A program made the position numbers and the translations under genes. Source: the human T2T-CHM13v2.0 reference genome, Homo sapiens. From it: 64,000 nt of DNA. This document shows, piece by piece, positions 1 to 13,148 of this stretch. The notes under the pieces are model-generated. The model was not told the origin of the DNA, did no database searches, and saw only the letters and a program-made list of their open reading frames with translations. Each line of letters starts with the position of its first letter. Position 1 is the stretch's first letter. Where the stretch lies: assembly GCF_009914755.1 (NCBI RefSeq), contig NC_060925.1; one strand, given 5' to 3'.

Positions 1-2717
1 GCCCCTAAATATTCCTCTGCACCCCGTTAATAAAATCCAAATTGCCCAAACAATGGCTGATAATCTGCAATACAGTTTCTCCCTCTTCCCAGAGCCATTC
101 TTGACCAATTACTCCTGAAACTAGCTGAACTTGGCTGACCCCCTCTCCTGCTAAAGCCTAGTAGGAAATTCTTCTCTCCTGCCCCAAGTGAGAAGGGAAT
201 AAAGGCTCTGCCAACAGTGCTCTGGAAGATTTTCTTCTGCAACGGACTCTGCTGACATGGTGGGTGCAGCATTGCTGTGAGGGTCCATGACTGGCCCTGC
301 TGGCTTCCTTGGGATAACATGGCCCAATCCTGGAGACAGTGTTCTATCTATCCCAAGAAAAATATCCAGGGGGAGAGGGTGGGTGGAAAACATGAAGAGA
401 GAGAAAGGGGAGATCCTTCTGGAACTCTTAGAGGGATCTGAAAGATGTCAGGGAGGGCAATTCTAGAATCGTGGGAGATGGGCCTGCAGTACCACATCCA
501 GGAGCTGCCCAGGATCCTCTCGCAGCTTCCCACCGCTGTGCCCTCACCAGCCCTCTTTAGCCATCCGTACGGAGGTGGCTTCATCTTCAGCATATTGTGC
601 CCGTGTCTCAAGCAAGCGCGCCTTACTCAGTGCCACCATTTTTCTGTAGAGCTGCCCAACATCTGTGTCATTTTCTCTCCTACCTTCTACCTTGGTAAGG
701 CATCTGAAAAAACAAGGGGTTCCCTATTAACTACTGCTTCCTGTTCTTGCTTTCCCTGAATGGAATCCAAGCTTATCTGCACAGAGGAAGAGTGTGCCAA
801 GGCCAAGGTCCTATCAAAGGGACTCTGTTCCCTGAGTTAAACATTGGTCCTTTGTTACCTCCCTGCCTGGATGCTTCCAGAGGTGGGAGGCCTCCTAGAG
901 CCTCCAGTTTCGGTTTGAGGCCTCTCAGTGCAATGGTTCAGGAAAAAGGAAAGGCCCAATTAATGGGCAAGAAAAAACCCAGGGACAGGTTGATGTGATG
1001 CATTTGCTCAGGGCTTCCTGCCCGGGAATGAAGGATTTTACATTTTCCTTCCTCCCTTGTACACCGAAGCCTGTTGAAGAATGCTTTCCCCCTGCTTCCC
1101 AGATTAAGCACACCATCCTTCAAAATGGAGTTCAACATCCTTTGCTTTCCATCAGCTTCCTTTGATCAGCTACTTCAGCACTCTATTCCTCATCCCCTCA
1201 GCGATTATGCAGCCATCTGCAGTGCGTTCATTTGCCCTCGTCTTTCCGTGGCGTTTCTTCTGCGTGCTCACCTCTGGCACTGGAATGCTTTCCAAGGGCG
1301 CAATGCCTGTCTTCTCCATTTGACTGAGAGCTCCCTTCTTTTCTACTCAAAGCCTGAATACACAGCACACCCTGTTCTTTAAATGTTTGCTACACACTGA
1401 TTCTAGCCAAGCCTCTCCCAAGGGTAGTGTTTGAAAGGTCTCTGTGCAGGAGATATTAACTCAGCAAAAGGAAGAGAAGTTAGAAAGTTAGAGAGGCAAC
1501 TCCCACTTTCTCTCTCTCTCTTTTCTTTTGCTCTCTCACTTTCAGGATTGGAATAAGTAGCATGCTATTTCACATATATATATTTCACCGATAGTTCTGC
1601 CTTGGCTATAGTAAATGATAGAAAATGAGTTTGGTTGGATTCCTCCAAGCCCCGAAGGCTATTGCCTGTTGCAGTAAGGAGGAAGGGTTTTTGAACCTAA
1701 TTAACCACCTCCTCTCCTGACATCCCAACTCCTGTTACTGAGAAGTGAACACGTGGGAGGAAGAGTTTACCCTCGGCCCGTATACTGCTGTCCAAGCCCC
1801 AGACTAGTTTAACACTGACTCCACCGAGGAAGGACAGCCTGTGCCCAAATGCAGGCCCCTCTACATTCCTTTGGGTCCTTTCTCCATTTCCCACGTTTTC
1901 TACTAGGTACAAAACTCCCACATATCCTCAGCATTTCACAGAGTGTGCCTTCTACCTCCCATCCTGATTGAAACACACCTCCCCAGCCCTCCCACCCCAC
2001 CTATGTCAAGGAGCTGGGCTGACACTGGAAGGCAGTGTCAGCTCTCCCTACCCCAGGCCATTCCAGAACATGCCTTTTCTGCCCCTGTAAGTGTAGCACT
2101 GCTCCTCAGTGCTTTGAGAGAGTATCCTAGAGTTCCTTTTGAGCATCCTTCAGGTACTGCCAGCTCTCTCAAGTATTGACTGGATACTGGAGTGGTTCTC
2201 ACAGGTTCGGGGAATTAGCAAGGATGCGGCAAGAGCTGTAGGTTAGCTTAATCAGGCAAAAACTGGGGCAATTGTTCAGAGCAATTACTTTCTGTTGGGG
2301 ATGTTTTCATATAGTAGCTATAGAATGGTGGATGAGGCAGCCTTGGTTGAAGGACCAGGGACTGAGATAACTTTGCACTCCTCTGAACCTGAATCAACTC
2401 AACCTTCCTTTTTCTGAACCTGCACTTTCCTGAAGAACACATAGCTGTCTTTGACCTCACTGGGGCTCTCAGCATCACCACATATTTTTTCTGTCATTGT
2501 TCCAAATTAACTTTATTTCTCATCCCTTCCCACAATGACTCTTCTGTACCTTCTCTTATTAAGCTCCTTACCCTACCCTACTCTCCTTGCTTTCACGCTG
2601 CCTCCAAATTAAAAGGGAAGATGCAATCTATTAGGAGGGAACTTCCTCCATTTCCCACCCTTTTCCCACAAAGGTTTGTTTTTTGTGTTTTTTTTACATC
2701 TCTCCATCCTTTCCTTC

Positions 2718-3041
2718 CTTTTGTCTTTTTGTTTTAATTTTTTTCTTTTTTTTTTTTTTTGAGATGGAGTCTCACTCTTTCACCCAGGCTGCAGTGCAGT
2801 TGTACGTCTCAGCTCACTGAAACCTCTACTCCCTGGGTTCAGGCAATTCTCCTGTCTCAGCCTCCCCAGTAGCTGGGATTACAGGTGTGTGCTACCATGC
2901 CCAGCTAATTTTTGTGTTTTTAGTATAGATGGGGTTTTGCCATGTTGGCCAGACTGGTCTCAAACTCCTGACCTCAGGTGAACTGCCCGCCTCAGCCTCC
3001 CAAAGTGCTGGGATTACAGGCGTGAGTCACTGCGCCCGGCC
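2718..3041 (-). mobile_element. AluS
   Basis: Full dimer; TSD catcctttccttc at 2705-2717 and 3042-3054. Confidence 0.95.
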
Positions 3042-4190
3042 CATCCTTTCCTTCTCCTCCCCTGACCTGGAAAAGTTGCTGACCCTCTTTCCCCAGAAGA
3101 ATTTATTCTTGTTCATTAGATCTCGTCTCCTCTACTTTTCCTTAGGAGCCTTCCTCTATATGATCACTTTTCCTATGTATTTAATTTTTTCTCTATGGAC
3201 GCTTTCCTTCTAACATATAGTCATGCTCGAATCTATTCCATCTTAAAGCAAACAATAAAAAAAAACCCTTCTGTACTCTTGATCACATTTTTTTATTCAA
3301 TTTCCCTAGCTTTCTTCCCTAGCTAAGCTATAAAGGGAGGGAAGTAGATTTAACTACACTCACTGTCTTCACTTCCGTTGACTCTACAACTGGCTAAAGT
3401 TGGTTTTCACACTCGGTTCTTCTCTGAAATTGTTTTTGCTGAAATTATTAGCGACCTCTTAATTTCAAAATCCAATAGAAATGTTTTAGTGCCATCATAT
3501 TTGATGTGTCTGGAGTACTTGGTATTGTTGACCAGGTTCTTTTCTAGAAACTCTTTTTTCCCCTTAGCTTTCAAAATCTCTCTCTGAATAGTGGTGAGTA
3601 CTATGCAGAGAATTCAAGAGTGGTACTTCATAGTACCACATAGGAAAGATCAAGTGTCATCTTTAGCTTGATCATTCAGCAAAGGCCTCTCAGAAAATCT
3701 GAAATTTAATCTAAAACGTAAAGGATGAGAAGGAACTAGCTACGTAAAGACGAGGAGAAAAGAACTCCAGGAGAAGGAACAGCCAAGGTAGAGTCCCAGA
3801 GCTGGGACAAGCTTGATGCATTTAAAGGAGAACATGAAGACAGATCTGAGAAGGGGGCACAGGAGAGAGCCCTGAGGCCCAAGAGGATGAGAAGGCAAAA
3901 GATCCTGAGGAGGAGTACACAGTACCCAGGAGTCAGTGTTTCAAAATGAAGGGAGTCGTCAATTGTGTCAAATGTGCAGAGAAATAAAGTAAATGCGAGT
4001 AAAGCAGACTACTGGATCTGCCAACATGGATGTCATTGGTAACTCTGACAACATGGTCTTGGGGGCATGGAGGGGAAAGATGCTTGGTTGAAGCGGGAGG
4101 AGGAGTGAGGTTCAGGTGAGAAAGGAGAGGTTGTGTTTATTTCAAGGGACATTTCCAGAGGGGAGCAGAGAGATGGCTAGGGTGCTAGAG

Positions 4191-4399
4191 CAGTGCTGTC
4201 CAACACCAGAGCCACTTGCCTAATTAAAAAATGTAAGTTTATGTTAATTAAAATTAAATAAAATTAGACATTTAGTTCTTTGTCACACTAGCCAAATATC
4301 AAGTGCTTGAGGGCCACATGTGAGGAGCAGCTACTCAATTGGGCAGAGCAGATAGAGCATAGTTTTATCATTGCTGAAATTTCTGATGGACAACTCTGC
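4191..4399. mobile_element. MER3-like hAT-Charlie DNA transposon
   Basis: Terminal cagtgctgtcca / tggacaactctg inverted ends, ctag-containing target sites. Confidence 0.7.
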
Positions 4400-4993
4400 T
4401 CTAGAAGATGTGGGGTTAAGGAAGGTTTTAATTTTGTTGTTGTTGTTGTTGTTAATTTTTTAATTTGAGAGATACTAGACAGAACAGTGATCAAGTAGAA
4501 ATTGGGGGTGCAGTTTTCTCATTGGACTTCTCTTTATTTACCTCCCTTTAGATGTCAGTGTGCCCCAGAGATCCATCCATGAGCTCTGTTCTTCTTATTC
4601 TACCCATCCTCCCTAGACAGCCTTATCCATGCTCATGATCGACTGTCACCTACATTTAGTGGCTCTGTTATCGCTTCTCCCCCATGAACTGCAGACCCGC
4701 AGTCTACCTGCCAGGGGCCATGTCAACTTAGAAGTCCCACAGCAACCTCAAACTCCGTATGCCCCAAACCAAACCTCCCTTCTTCCTGGTCCTACCCCTA
4801 TAGCACATTCATGAATTCTGTCTACTTGTTCAGACCAGCAATGTGGGCATCATTTTGAGCTCCTCTTTCTCCTTTAGTCTTTACATCCAGTCAGTCACTA
4901 AGCTGCTGGTTGGTTTGTGGGCACATTTAGAATTGTGCACCACCTCCATCTTCACTGATTTATTTAAATTCTCACTTGGACTGTTGGGAGCAT

Positions 4994-5417
4994 TGTGGAT
5001 TAGCTAGCAGAAGACTCACATCCACCCCCTTCTCCCAGGCTGGCCTCTATTAGAGAGGACAAGACAGGCTTTCTTACAGCCAGAGATGGCTTGTGACGTA
5101 ATTCTGGTCAATGAGACAGAAAAGAAAGTCTGTTCAGAAGTTTCTGGGAAAGACTTTGCTTTCTTATTTAAAAAGACAGATATGGATGCTCCCAGTATTT
5201 TTTCCCTTCTTAATCCTTTGAATGCCAGCAATATGACTGGAGCCACCATCTCGCAATTGCAGAAGGAAGGCAAAGAGAATTCCTGTGCCTCTGCCCTGAA
5301 CAATGCCCATAGCCACCTACCCTCATATTTCCCAGTATGGGAGAAAAAGATAAATCCCCTTTTATTTAAGCCACAGAGGGTTCTGTTACTTGCAGCCAAA
5401 AGCATCTTTGACTGATA
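4994..5417 (+). mobile_element. MLT1-type MaLR solo LTR
   Basis: Typical 3' end ataaatcccc-ttatttaagcca...ctgttacttgcagccaaaagcatc...actgata. Confidence 0.7.
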
Positions 5418-8319
5418 AAGGCTTCTAGCTCGTTTCTTTGTTGTAGTATCATTGCAGTATGTTCCATTATCCACAGCCTTGGCCAGAGCCTTTACAAAAT
5501 GCAATTTTGACCTTGCTACTTCCCTGCTTTAAATCTCCCATTGACTCTCCACTGCTCACAGGATAGAGATCAGACTGTTTTGCATGGCACATAGGCCCTC
5601 CACAGTCTCCTGTTGCCTGCTCCTCTGGCCTCATCCCTGGGCACTGTACATCACAGACAGTTCTCCAGATACACCACACTTCTTTGTGCTTTCTTGGCAC
5701 ATGCTGTTTCCTCTGTCTGGAACACCTCTTCTTTCCAGGTCTTTCCCCTCCTCTCTTAGATCCCTACCCTCTATGGTTCTATATCTTTATATCTTGAATA
5801 TAATCATACCTTATTGTCTCTCTTGCTAGACTATGAGCTCCTTCATTTTCTGGGTATGTCTTATTTATCTTTGTTTTCCTAATATTGGATAGAGGGTTTG
5901 AACTCAGGAAACTGAGAAACGAATGAGTGTGCTGAACCAGGGGCCGTGATTCTGTCTCTAGTTTTACTTATTGTAACCCCATGAGCTCTCTGAAACTCAT
6001 GTTCCTCATGTGTAAAACATGGGTAATTCTATCTTTGTTGTTTGCGGTGTCAATGAAATTGTTTTTATATGGCAGATTTGTAATAGCAAAACAGCACTGG
6101 CCTTGCTGAGAGGTCAACCCAAGTTCAAATCCATGACTCCAATAATTACTAACTTATGAACTTGGGCAAGTTGAGTAAACTGTCTGTGTCTTGGTTCCCT
6201 AATTGACAGAGAGTTAGATAGAAATGTGTGGGGCTGTTATGAAGCTTACTTGAGATACTGAACATGAGAATTCTTGGTTCTAAGAGGGACTCAATAAATG
6301 TTTAGTTGAAGTGGACATGAAAAGAGGGGATCTTCAGTCTTGATAAGATCCTACTTGGGATGCCCAGTTCCTGGACAAGAGCTGTGGTCCCCATGCTGCT
6401 GGGCAGCCAAAGCCCAAACCTGTGCCTGCCTCCTTTCACTGTGCAGACAGTAGGCACCATGCCAGCAGCTCCATGCAGAGCTGCACTGGGTCTCCGTCCC
6501 TAGGTTGGAGGAATAAGAAGAGTCACGACCATCTGCACAGCACTGAAAAGATTTCCTGATGCGTCCATAAATATATATCTCATGTACGTCTTGAGCATTC
6601 AGCAAAGGCTTCTCAGAAAATCTGAAATTTAATCTGAGACTTAAAGGATGAGAAGGAACTAGCTATGTAAAGATGAGGAGCGGAGAACTCCAGCAGAAGG
6701 AACAGCCAAGGTAGAGTCTCAGAGCTGGGACCAGCTTGATGCTTTTAATAAGAGAACATGAAGACAGATCCTTCAGGAGCCCCTGCCTAAAGGACGGGGG
6801 CAGGAGAGTCACTCAAAGAGGAGATGACAAATATTTCCTCAGATCCAAGCAACTGAACAGAGCCAGGAACTAATCCAAAGGAGGCCTTCACAGAGTCCTG
6901 CCTACCCACTAAAGCAGAGTGTGGCAGGGTTGGTGTGAGCTGGAGGAGGTGTTGATGTTGCAAGTCAACTTGTGCTGTAGCCTCAGTCCTACTTTCAGGC
7001 ATGAAGGCCCAGGAGGTAGAGAGCGCTGTACTCTCAACATGTCCAAACACAGACCCATGCAGGGGACCCCCAGATCTGAGCCTCTCGCCATGGTCTATGT
7101 CTCAGTGAGTGGTATTAGTATCCATCCAATCACGAAGGAATGAAACCAAAACATGACTCATGACCTCACCCTCTTCCTCACCCTCAGTAATAGGTCCACC
7201 AAATCATGTCAGTGATGAACATCTTCAAACCTTCTTTCTTTTCTTCTTTCTGCCACCACCACAGCTGCACAGTGCCACACTGCCTCCCTCCCAGACTACA
7301 GCAGTAGCTTTCTAACTGTTCCCTTCACACCCATCCCAGCCTGTCTCAGTCCCCTCCCAACCCAGCCACCAGAATGATCTTTCCATCTGTAGAGATGTAC
7401 AGAGTTTGGCGCAGCAACTCTCTTCACGTAAGAGGAATTTTTTGAAAAGTCTCTGGGGGTTGACGCTTAGATCCTAAGAGCCCTCAAGTGTCGGGTGGAG
7501 GTGAGAAGGATTTGCTGGTTGTGCTATAAGTTGGAAAAGAAAAAGAAAGGGTGGAAGGGGAGGTGATGTGAGGCCATGTGGTTGTGATAGGTCCCCCAGC
7601 ATCCCCCACACTGACCTTCAGTAAAAAACTCAGAAAATAACAAAATGCTTAACGAAACCTGATTTCCCATGGGAATCAGTGAAAGGCCTGGGCTTTGGGT
7701 CTAGACCAATAGTGAGCGGAGACAGAGACAGTGGCTTAGGGATGGCAGAGTGTGGATTGGGAAGGAGGCAGGTGTGGGGAGGCTCCGAAGCAGCACACAC
7801 AGATGCAGATAGGACAGAACTGTAGGAGGCTCTTAAAACTGGAGGAGGGCTTTGACTGTTTCAGTTCTGAGGAATCTAGGTGCAGGCCAAGATTAACCAG
7901 TCCTGATGGGGGTCCCAGTTGGCATCTGAATTACACGTCTATATGATAATAATATGAATAGACACCATTTATTCAGCAGTGTGCTATGGTTTTTTTTATA
8001 TGTAGTATCTCATTTGATTCTATTTTCATAAAAACTGCAAGGGGTAAGTATTATTATTGCCTTACTTTACGAGGTTCCATCCTGTTATAATCTAAGTTCG
8101 TTTTCTCTCCATTTTTAAGATAAACAATAACTGTAGGGCGGCATAAAGTTCCCTGAACCACACAACAAAGAAAGTTAAAAGATGCAAAAGGTAATCACCG
8201 AAAAGGAAACTGAAGTGCAGAGACCCTGGCAGCCTGGCTCCTGAGCCTATGCTCTTGGCCACTGTATGTTCTCAATCTCTCTTCCCTCCCCTCCTCTTCC
8301 CTCCTTTCCTATCTTCTTC

Positions 8320-8640
8320 CATCTATCCACTCATCCATCCATCCATCCATCAAGCCTCCATCCATCTATCCAACTATATTTCTGACCATATCTCTCTATA
8401 TATATACATAGTTGGAGGTAGATATAGATATAGATATAGATATAGATATAGATATAGATATAGCTATCTAAGTTGACATGCCAGAGGCCATGTCAGCTTA
8501 GAAGTCCCACAGCAACCTCAAACTCAGTATGCCCCAAACCGAACCTCCCGTCTTCCTGGTCCTACATGTATATATATATACATATATATATATGTGTGTG
8601 TGTTTATTTCTGACCATAGATATAGATAGGTAGATAGAAA
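8320..8640. repeat. Compound microsatellite (ATCC)n/(TAGATA)n/(TA)n(TG)n with internal insertion
   Basis: Direct reading. Confidence 0.9.
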
Positions 8641-9714
8641 GAAAGGAAGAAACATATGTATCTCCAACTATAGAGATAATTCCTCTTTAGGTGGGAGGTT
8701 GAATTACAGAACCTAAAAGTTTCCTTTCCGTTCTCAAGTTCTCTGAGGTTTAGTTTATTTTAGACTATATTTTGATTATTTTTGGCAGGTGTTTATCTTC
8801 CTAACTTGTTTGGATTTACCGAAACATACATTTCAGGGCTAGCATGGATCTAGGAGAAAGACCAAGTCCCTCATGTTGAGAGTGAGAAGAAGTGACCCAC
8901 TAAATCTCACCTGGTCCAGGCCTCTGCCTGTTTCACATTATTTTGAATTCTGGATACGTGGCAAGTGGTGATAAGGACAACAATCCAACTAGGTAATGAG
9001 TAAGAGAGAGTGACAGCCTGGAATTAGAGTGTAATCTGTTTTTACCACATGTGTATGCTAACAGTCAGTGATGATTGTGACAGTGGTCATGACTCCAGCA
9101 ATTCACAGGTCCCTACACCTGAAGAGATTTAGAGACCTCATCCAATGTACTTCTTGCCTCCTGATAACTAATGCCTGATTCATTCCAGAGATGAACAAAT
9201 TTAAAAGAACGTGCTATTTAAAATAAAAAAAAGGAATTTTAAAACCTTTTCTAGCTTTTATTTCTTTCTGAGGAGTTCCCTCCTGTTATATGCTTATTTT
9301 TTTTACCTTCATTTTAAAAATAAATAACTGTAGAACAGCATATAGTTCTCTGAACCACACAGCAAAAGAAAGTAAAAGGAAGCAAAAAGAAGCTTGCTCT
9401 ATGGTCATGGGCAGTAAGAGACTGATGATACAGGAGAAGTTGGATTTGAGGATATGAAAGCTGGAAACAGCTGGTTCAGGCTGCACCGGAACACACACAT
9501 TACACCCATGCCAATTGCTGTCTTTTCAAACTCCAGGAAGCCTGGCATGGGTGAAGCTGAGTCACCTGGAGGCTGTGCCGAAGCCTGGTTGTGCCGTAAG
9601 TTTTGTGTGCAGCAGGCTCTATCTTTCTCTCAGAAGTGAGTTGGGTGAGCCCTTGGTATCCAACCCTCCCTACAGTCACCTCCTTTGAGAAGAAAAAAAT
9701 AAGACCCAGAAGGT

Positions 9715-9930
9715 AGTATTATCATTTATTGAGTAGCTACACTGTGGCCAGAACTAAGCTTTACATGTTTTATATCACTTAGTTATCTCAACAATCTTGA
9801 AAGGGTGGTATTATTTTCCCCGTCTTATAGGTGAAGACTCTGAGGTTCAGAAAGTTAAAGTGATATCGCCAGGGTTCCTGACTGGTAAGTGATGGAGGCT
9901 GAATTTGAGCCAGATCTATATGCTCCATCA
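9715..9930 (-). mobile_element. MIR at 3' end of C1orf116 UTR
   Basis: MIR core attttccccgtcttataggtgaagactctgaggttcagaaagttaaagtga and end catttattgag. Confidence 0.75.
9725..9730 (-). terminator. Poly(A) signal AATAAA for C1orf116
   Basis: Plus-strand tttatt; U-rich sequence follows downstream on minus strand (tcttatttttttct). Confidence 0.6.
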
Positions 9931-12900
9931 TCACTCTCCTGGGGAAAAGAGCCTAGATGTGTTCTATCTGCATTCCTGCTTAGATTCTGCATGACTTCTC
10001 CTGTCCATCCCCTTGGCCCCCTCTCTTCTAGTCCATGAGATTACAGCTTTGCACACTGACAGGAGGGTCCTTCCTTCTTAGCCTACACATACAACCAGGT
10101 GTCAAAGGATGGAAGGGTTCATCTCACACACTCACAGACCATGTAGACTATTCAATCTACACCTCCAGCTCGAACTCAGAACATTGACAGGAACCTGCTC
10201 TTCAATCTTTCACCTCCCCTTTCTCCATGAAACGAACGTCAACATTCACACAGCAGCCCATCCCCAGCCTACAGGGCGGCCCCTGCCAGATCATGCTTCC
10301 CACTGTGGAAGAAGGCATGTACGAGTGAGTGGGCTCATCGGTTGACCTCTGTGTGAGATGGCACGTGGTCCTACCCTGCAGAGTCAGAGCACAGAATTCC
10401 AAGTGTAGCACAGGTGTGGCAATTCAGAAGAGCAGCTGTCAACACATCTGAGGGCACAGACCCCCCTATCATGCCAGGCTGGGAGAGGCCACTCCTGTAT
10501 TTGGCAGGTGGCTTGTGCCCAGTGGCATCAAGGCTATGGCAGGGTATAGCAGAGATCTAAGGCCAAGTGGAAGTAGAGCTGTCGCTTTGATTTTGAAAAT
10601 CAAATGAATGGCCTTTACAAACTTCCACCCACAATTCTTTGAAAAGGGATGAGTAACTCTGACCCTACTCTTACCTCCCTCCCCATCAATTCAAGCTGAA
10701 TTAAGAGAAATCCTATGTGGATACACAGATACAATGACCTCAGCTCTGTCTAGCACCACTTTCAGGGAGGCGGATGTCCTCACTGGGCCCTCTTGCATCT
10801 CTTCAAAATGGGAATGACCAAGTTTGGATTTATTATTCTATTCTTGAATCCCAAAGACCATCCTAAGAGCAAAATATGCTCCTTGAAGGATGAGGATGTG
10901 GAGAAGCACGGTATCTTTAAAAAACAAGGGAAGGGAGTCTCAGATTAAGAAAACTGGAGAAATGGGCATGTCAGTAGGATGAGGATGCCTAGTGGCAGGT
11001 GCAGGATGTCTGTGACTTTGTCGTGTGTGGGAGAAATGACCTTTCTCAGGATGTGGGAATATAATAGGCTGTACTCCTGATGACCTTGACCATCCTAATC
11101 ACACTTGTGTGATGCCAGGGCCCCAGGTTCCACCCAAGTTTTACTTTATAGCTATTCCCAAGTTTCCCTATTAATCAAGAAAATTAATGAATAAGGAATA
11201 AGGTGATCATTCTTCAGGTTATGGGTTGAAATAGACACAGAAATCAACTCAGCTGAATATAGCATGTGGAATCAGTCCTCCAGAAGGCAGCTTTCTCTCT
11301 TTCTGGGGGTGTATAATAAGACATAACTTGGCCGGTTGTGGGAGTCCTCATCAGCCGTGACAGACCAAGTCCTCACCCATGGCCAGGAATGAGGCACAGG
11401 CTTTTGGATGTGCGTGTATGAGCAAACGTACACAGAAACCGCCACACCCACACCTCACATACCATGACAGGGTGGAGTATTTGTTGTCCTTATGTTAACC
11501 TTGTCACCGTTTTCAGAAATTCTGGGCTTTGATGGTGCTGCGTCCATCAGGACACAGTCCAGAAATTCTCAGCAGCCTTAAAAGGCACCTTTCCAGCAAC
11601 ATTCCCTTCATCTGCCCCTCACATCTGGGCATCCTGGACTCCAAGCAGTTCACAACCATAAGTAAGATTTACTTCCTAAGGGGAAGCAGGAGTCATGTCT
11701 GGCCATGTCTCACCTCCAAGCTTGTATTTGCAAGCCCACACCACCCACCCATAATACCCTCTTTCGGCATTTGCTCAAGCTGCACAACTTGGTCACGGAA
11801 TTTGAGGGGAGAGGTGTTCTGGTTAATGATGAGTTACCATATAGCTATCTTCCAAAGATAAAATTAAAAGCCACAGCAATAACTATTAGTTTGAACAATA
11901 TTTAATCTCTGATGCTTCAGAAGGCACTTTGAGATCTTGAAGGGCCTTAGGGTTGAGTCTTTGATGGTGACTATGGCTCCTTAGGGTGCTGTGTGGATGT
12001 ACAAGAGCACTGGCTAAGGAGAGGTGGCAGCATGCAACAAGGGTAAGAACCTCAGCTCTTTCCCTAAATGGCAGGCTGACCCGGGGTTAGTCACTTCCCT
12101 TCCCCAGCAGCACTGCGTCAGAGCTTCTCTGAGGCCCCTCTTACCTCTGATATTCTATTAAGACTGGCAGAGGATGTATTGTGTGGGTTTTCTATCACTG
12201 GAACTGAGAAAAATTTAAAACTACCTGCATCAGCACAGAGAAGATCTGAAACGGTTCTTGGGTGTTTATAAAGCCCGTGGGCTGGGCTCCCATCTTGATG
12301 TCAGCCCAGCCCTGGGGTCAGTGCAGACTGAGATACGGAGCAGGAAAGCAGGAAGAACGGGAGTAGCAGAGTCAGGGACGACAGCACAGTTGGTGATTGA
12401 ATTTATCAAGCCTGTGGAGAAGGACTCTCCCTGGTGGAGGTAGTGGCATAAATATGTGGTCACTTATCCTGCCTTCTCAGACCAACAAGAGCTGTTCTGC
12501 TATCAATCAACCGAGAGATTGGGTTACAGGGACGTATCCTGTCTTTGGGACTGGTGATACTGAGAGGGCAGTGGGTGAAGAGATAACGAATCAGCTCCTC
12601 TTAGCCCAGGCCTTGTCCAGAAGGCTGGAACTGAGAGAGGGATCTGGCAAGGTATGAGCCAGTCTCCATCCACTGTAGGGATTCCAGGAGGCCCATATTT
12701 CATGTGACCCTGCATTTGCTGGATGTGACTTTTTTTCAAGTCATTGACACGTCCATTGTCTCATTTGACTTTTTGTCTCAGGCATGGCCAGCCCCTTCAC
12801 TCAGCTCTCACTAGGCTGGACTCTACCCAATGTAAGAAAACATCTAACAAGAGCAAAATTCTGAACAGTGACTCATTGTGTTATATCAATAGCTTCAGTG

Positions 12901-13148
12901 ATGTATCCAGCGGCCCCCCCTCCACACACACACCAAACACACACACACACACCCTCTTGTGGAGATCACCTTCAGAATGATCCACATGGGAACTCAATGG
13001 CACAACACTGAATATAAATGTATGCTTGGACTCAAATCTCTCCCTCCCATTCATCTTGAGCCCTGAGTTGCGTGGTGGCAAAGGCTCCCAAGTGGAGCAT
13101 GTGTCTCTTCTTGTTCAGCCAGGACAGGGTCTGTACTGGTCGCAGAGT

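Larger units (their letters stand above)
3330..5930. mobile_element. Fragmented old L2 LINE sequence interrupted by younger elements
   Basis: L2-like motifs (ctcaaactc..tatgccccaaaccaaa; tagactatgagctcc; gaatgagtg 3' end); boundaries approximate. Confidence 0.5.
9712..13148 (-). other. C1orf116: C1orf116 3'UTR (~3.4 kb)
   Basis: From stop codon to minus-strand AATAAA at 9730-9725; exact end inferred. Confidence 0.65.

Noticed and set aside
5016-5504. 162-aa minus ORF and 109-aa plus ORF
   Set aside because: Overlap an MLT1 LTR/L2 remnant; no recognisable protein motif or splice context
9332-9349. AGAACA-n6-AGTTCT ARE-like palindrome
   Set aside because: Spacer is 6 nt rather than 3; not a canonical steroid response element
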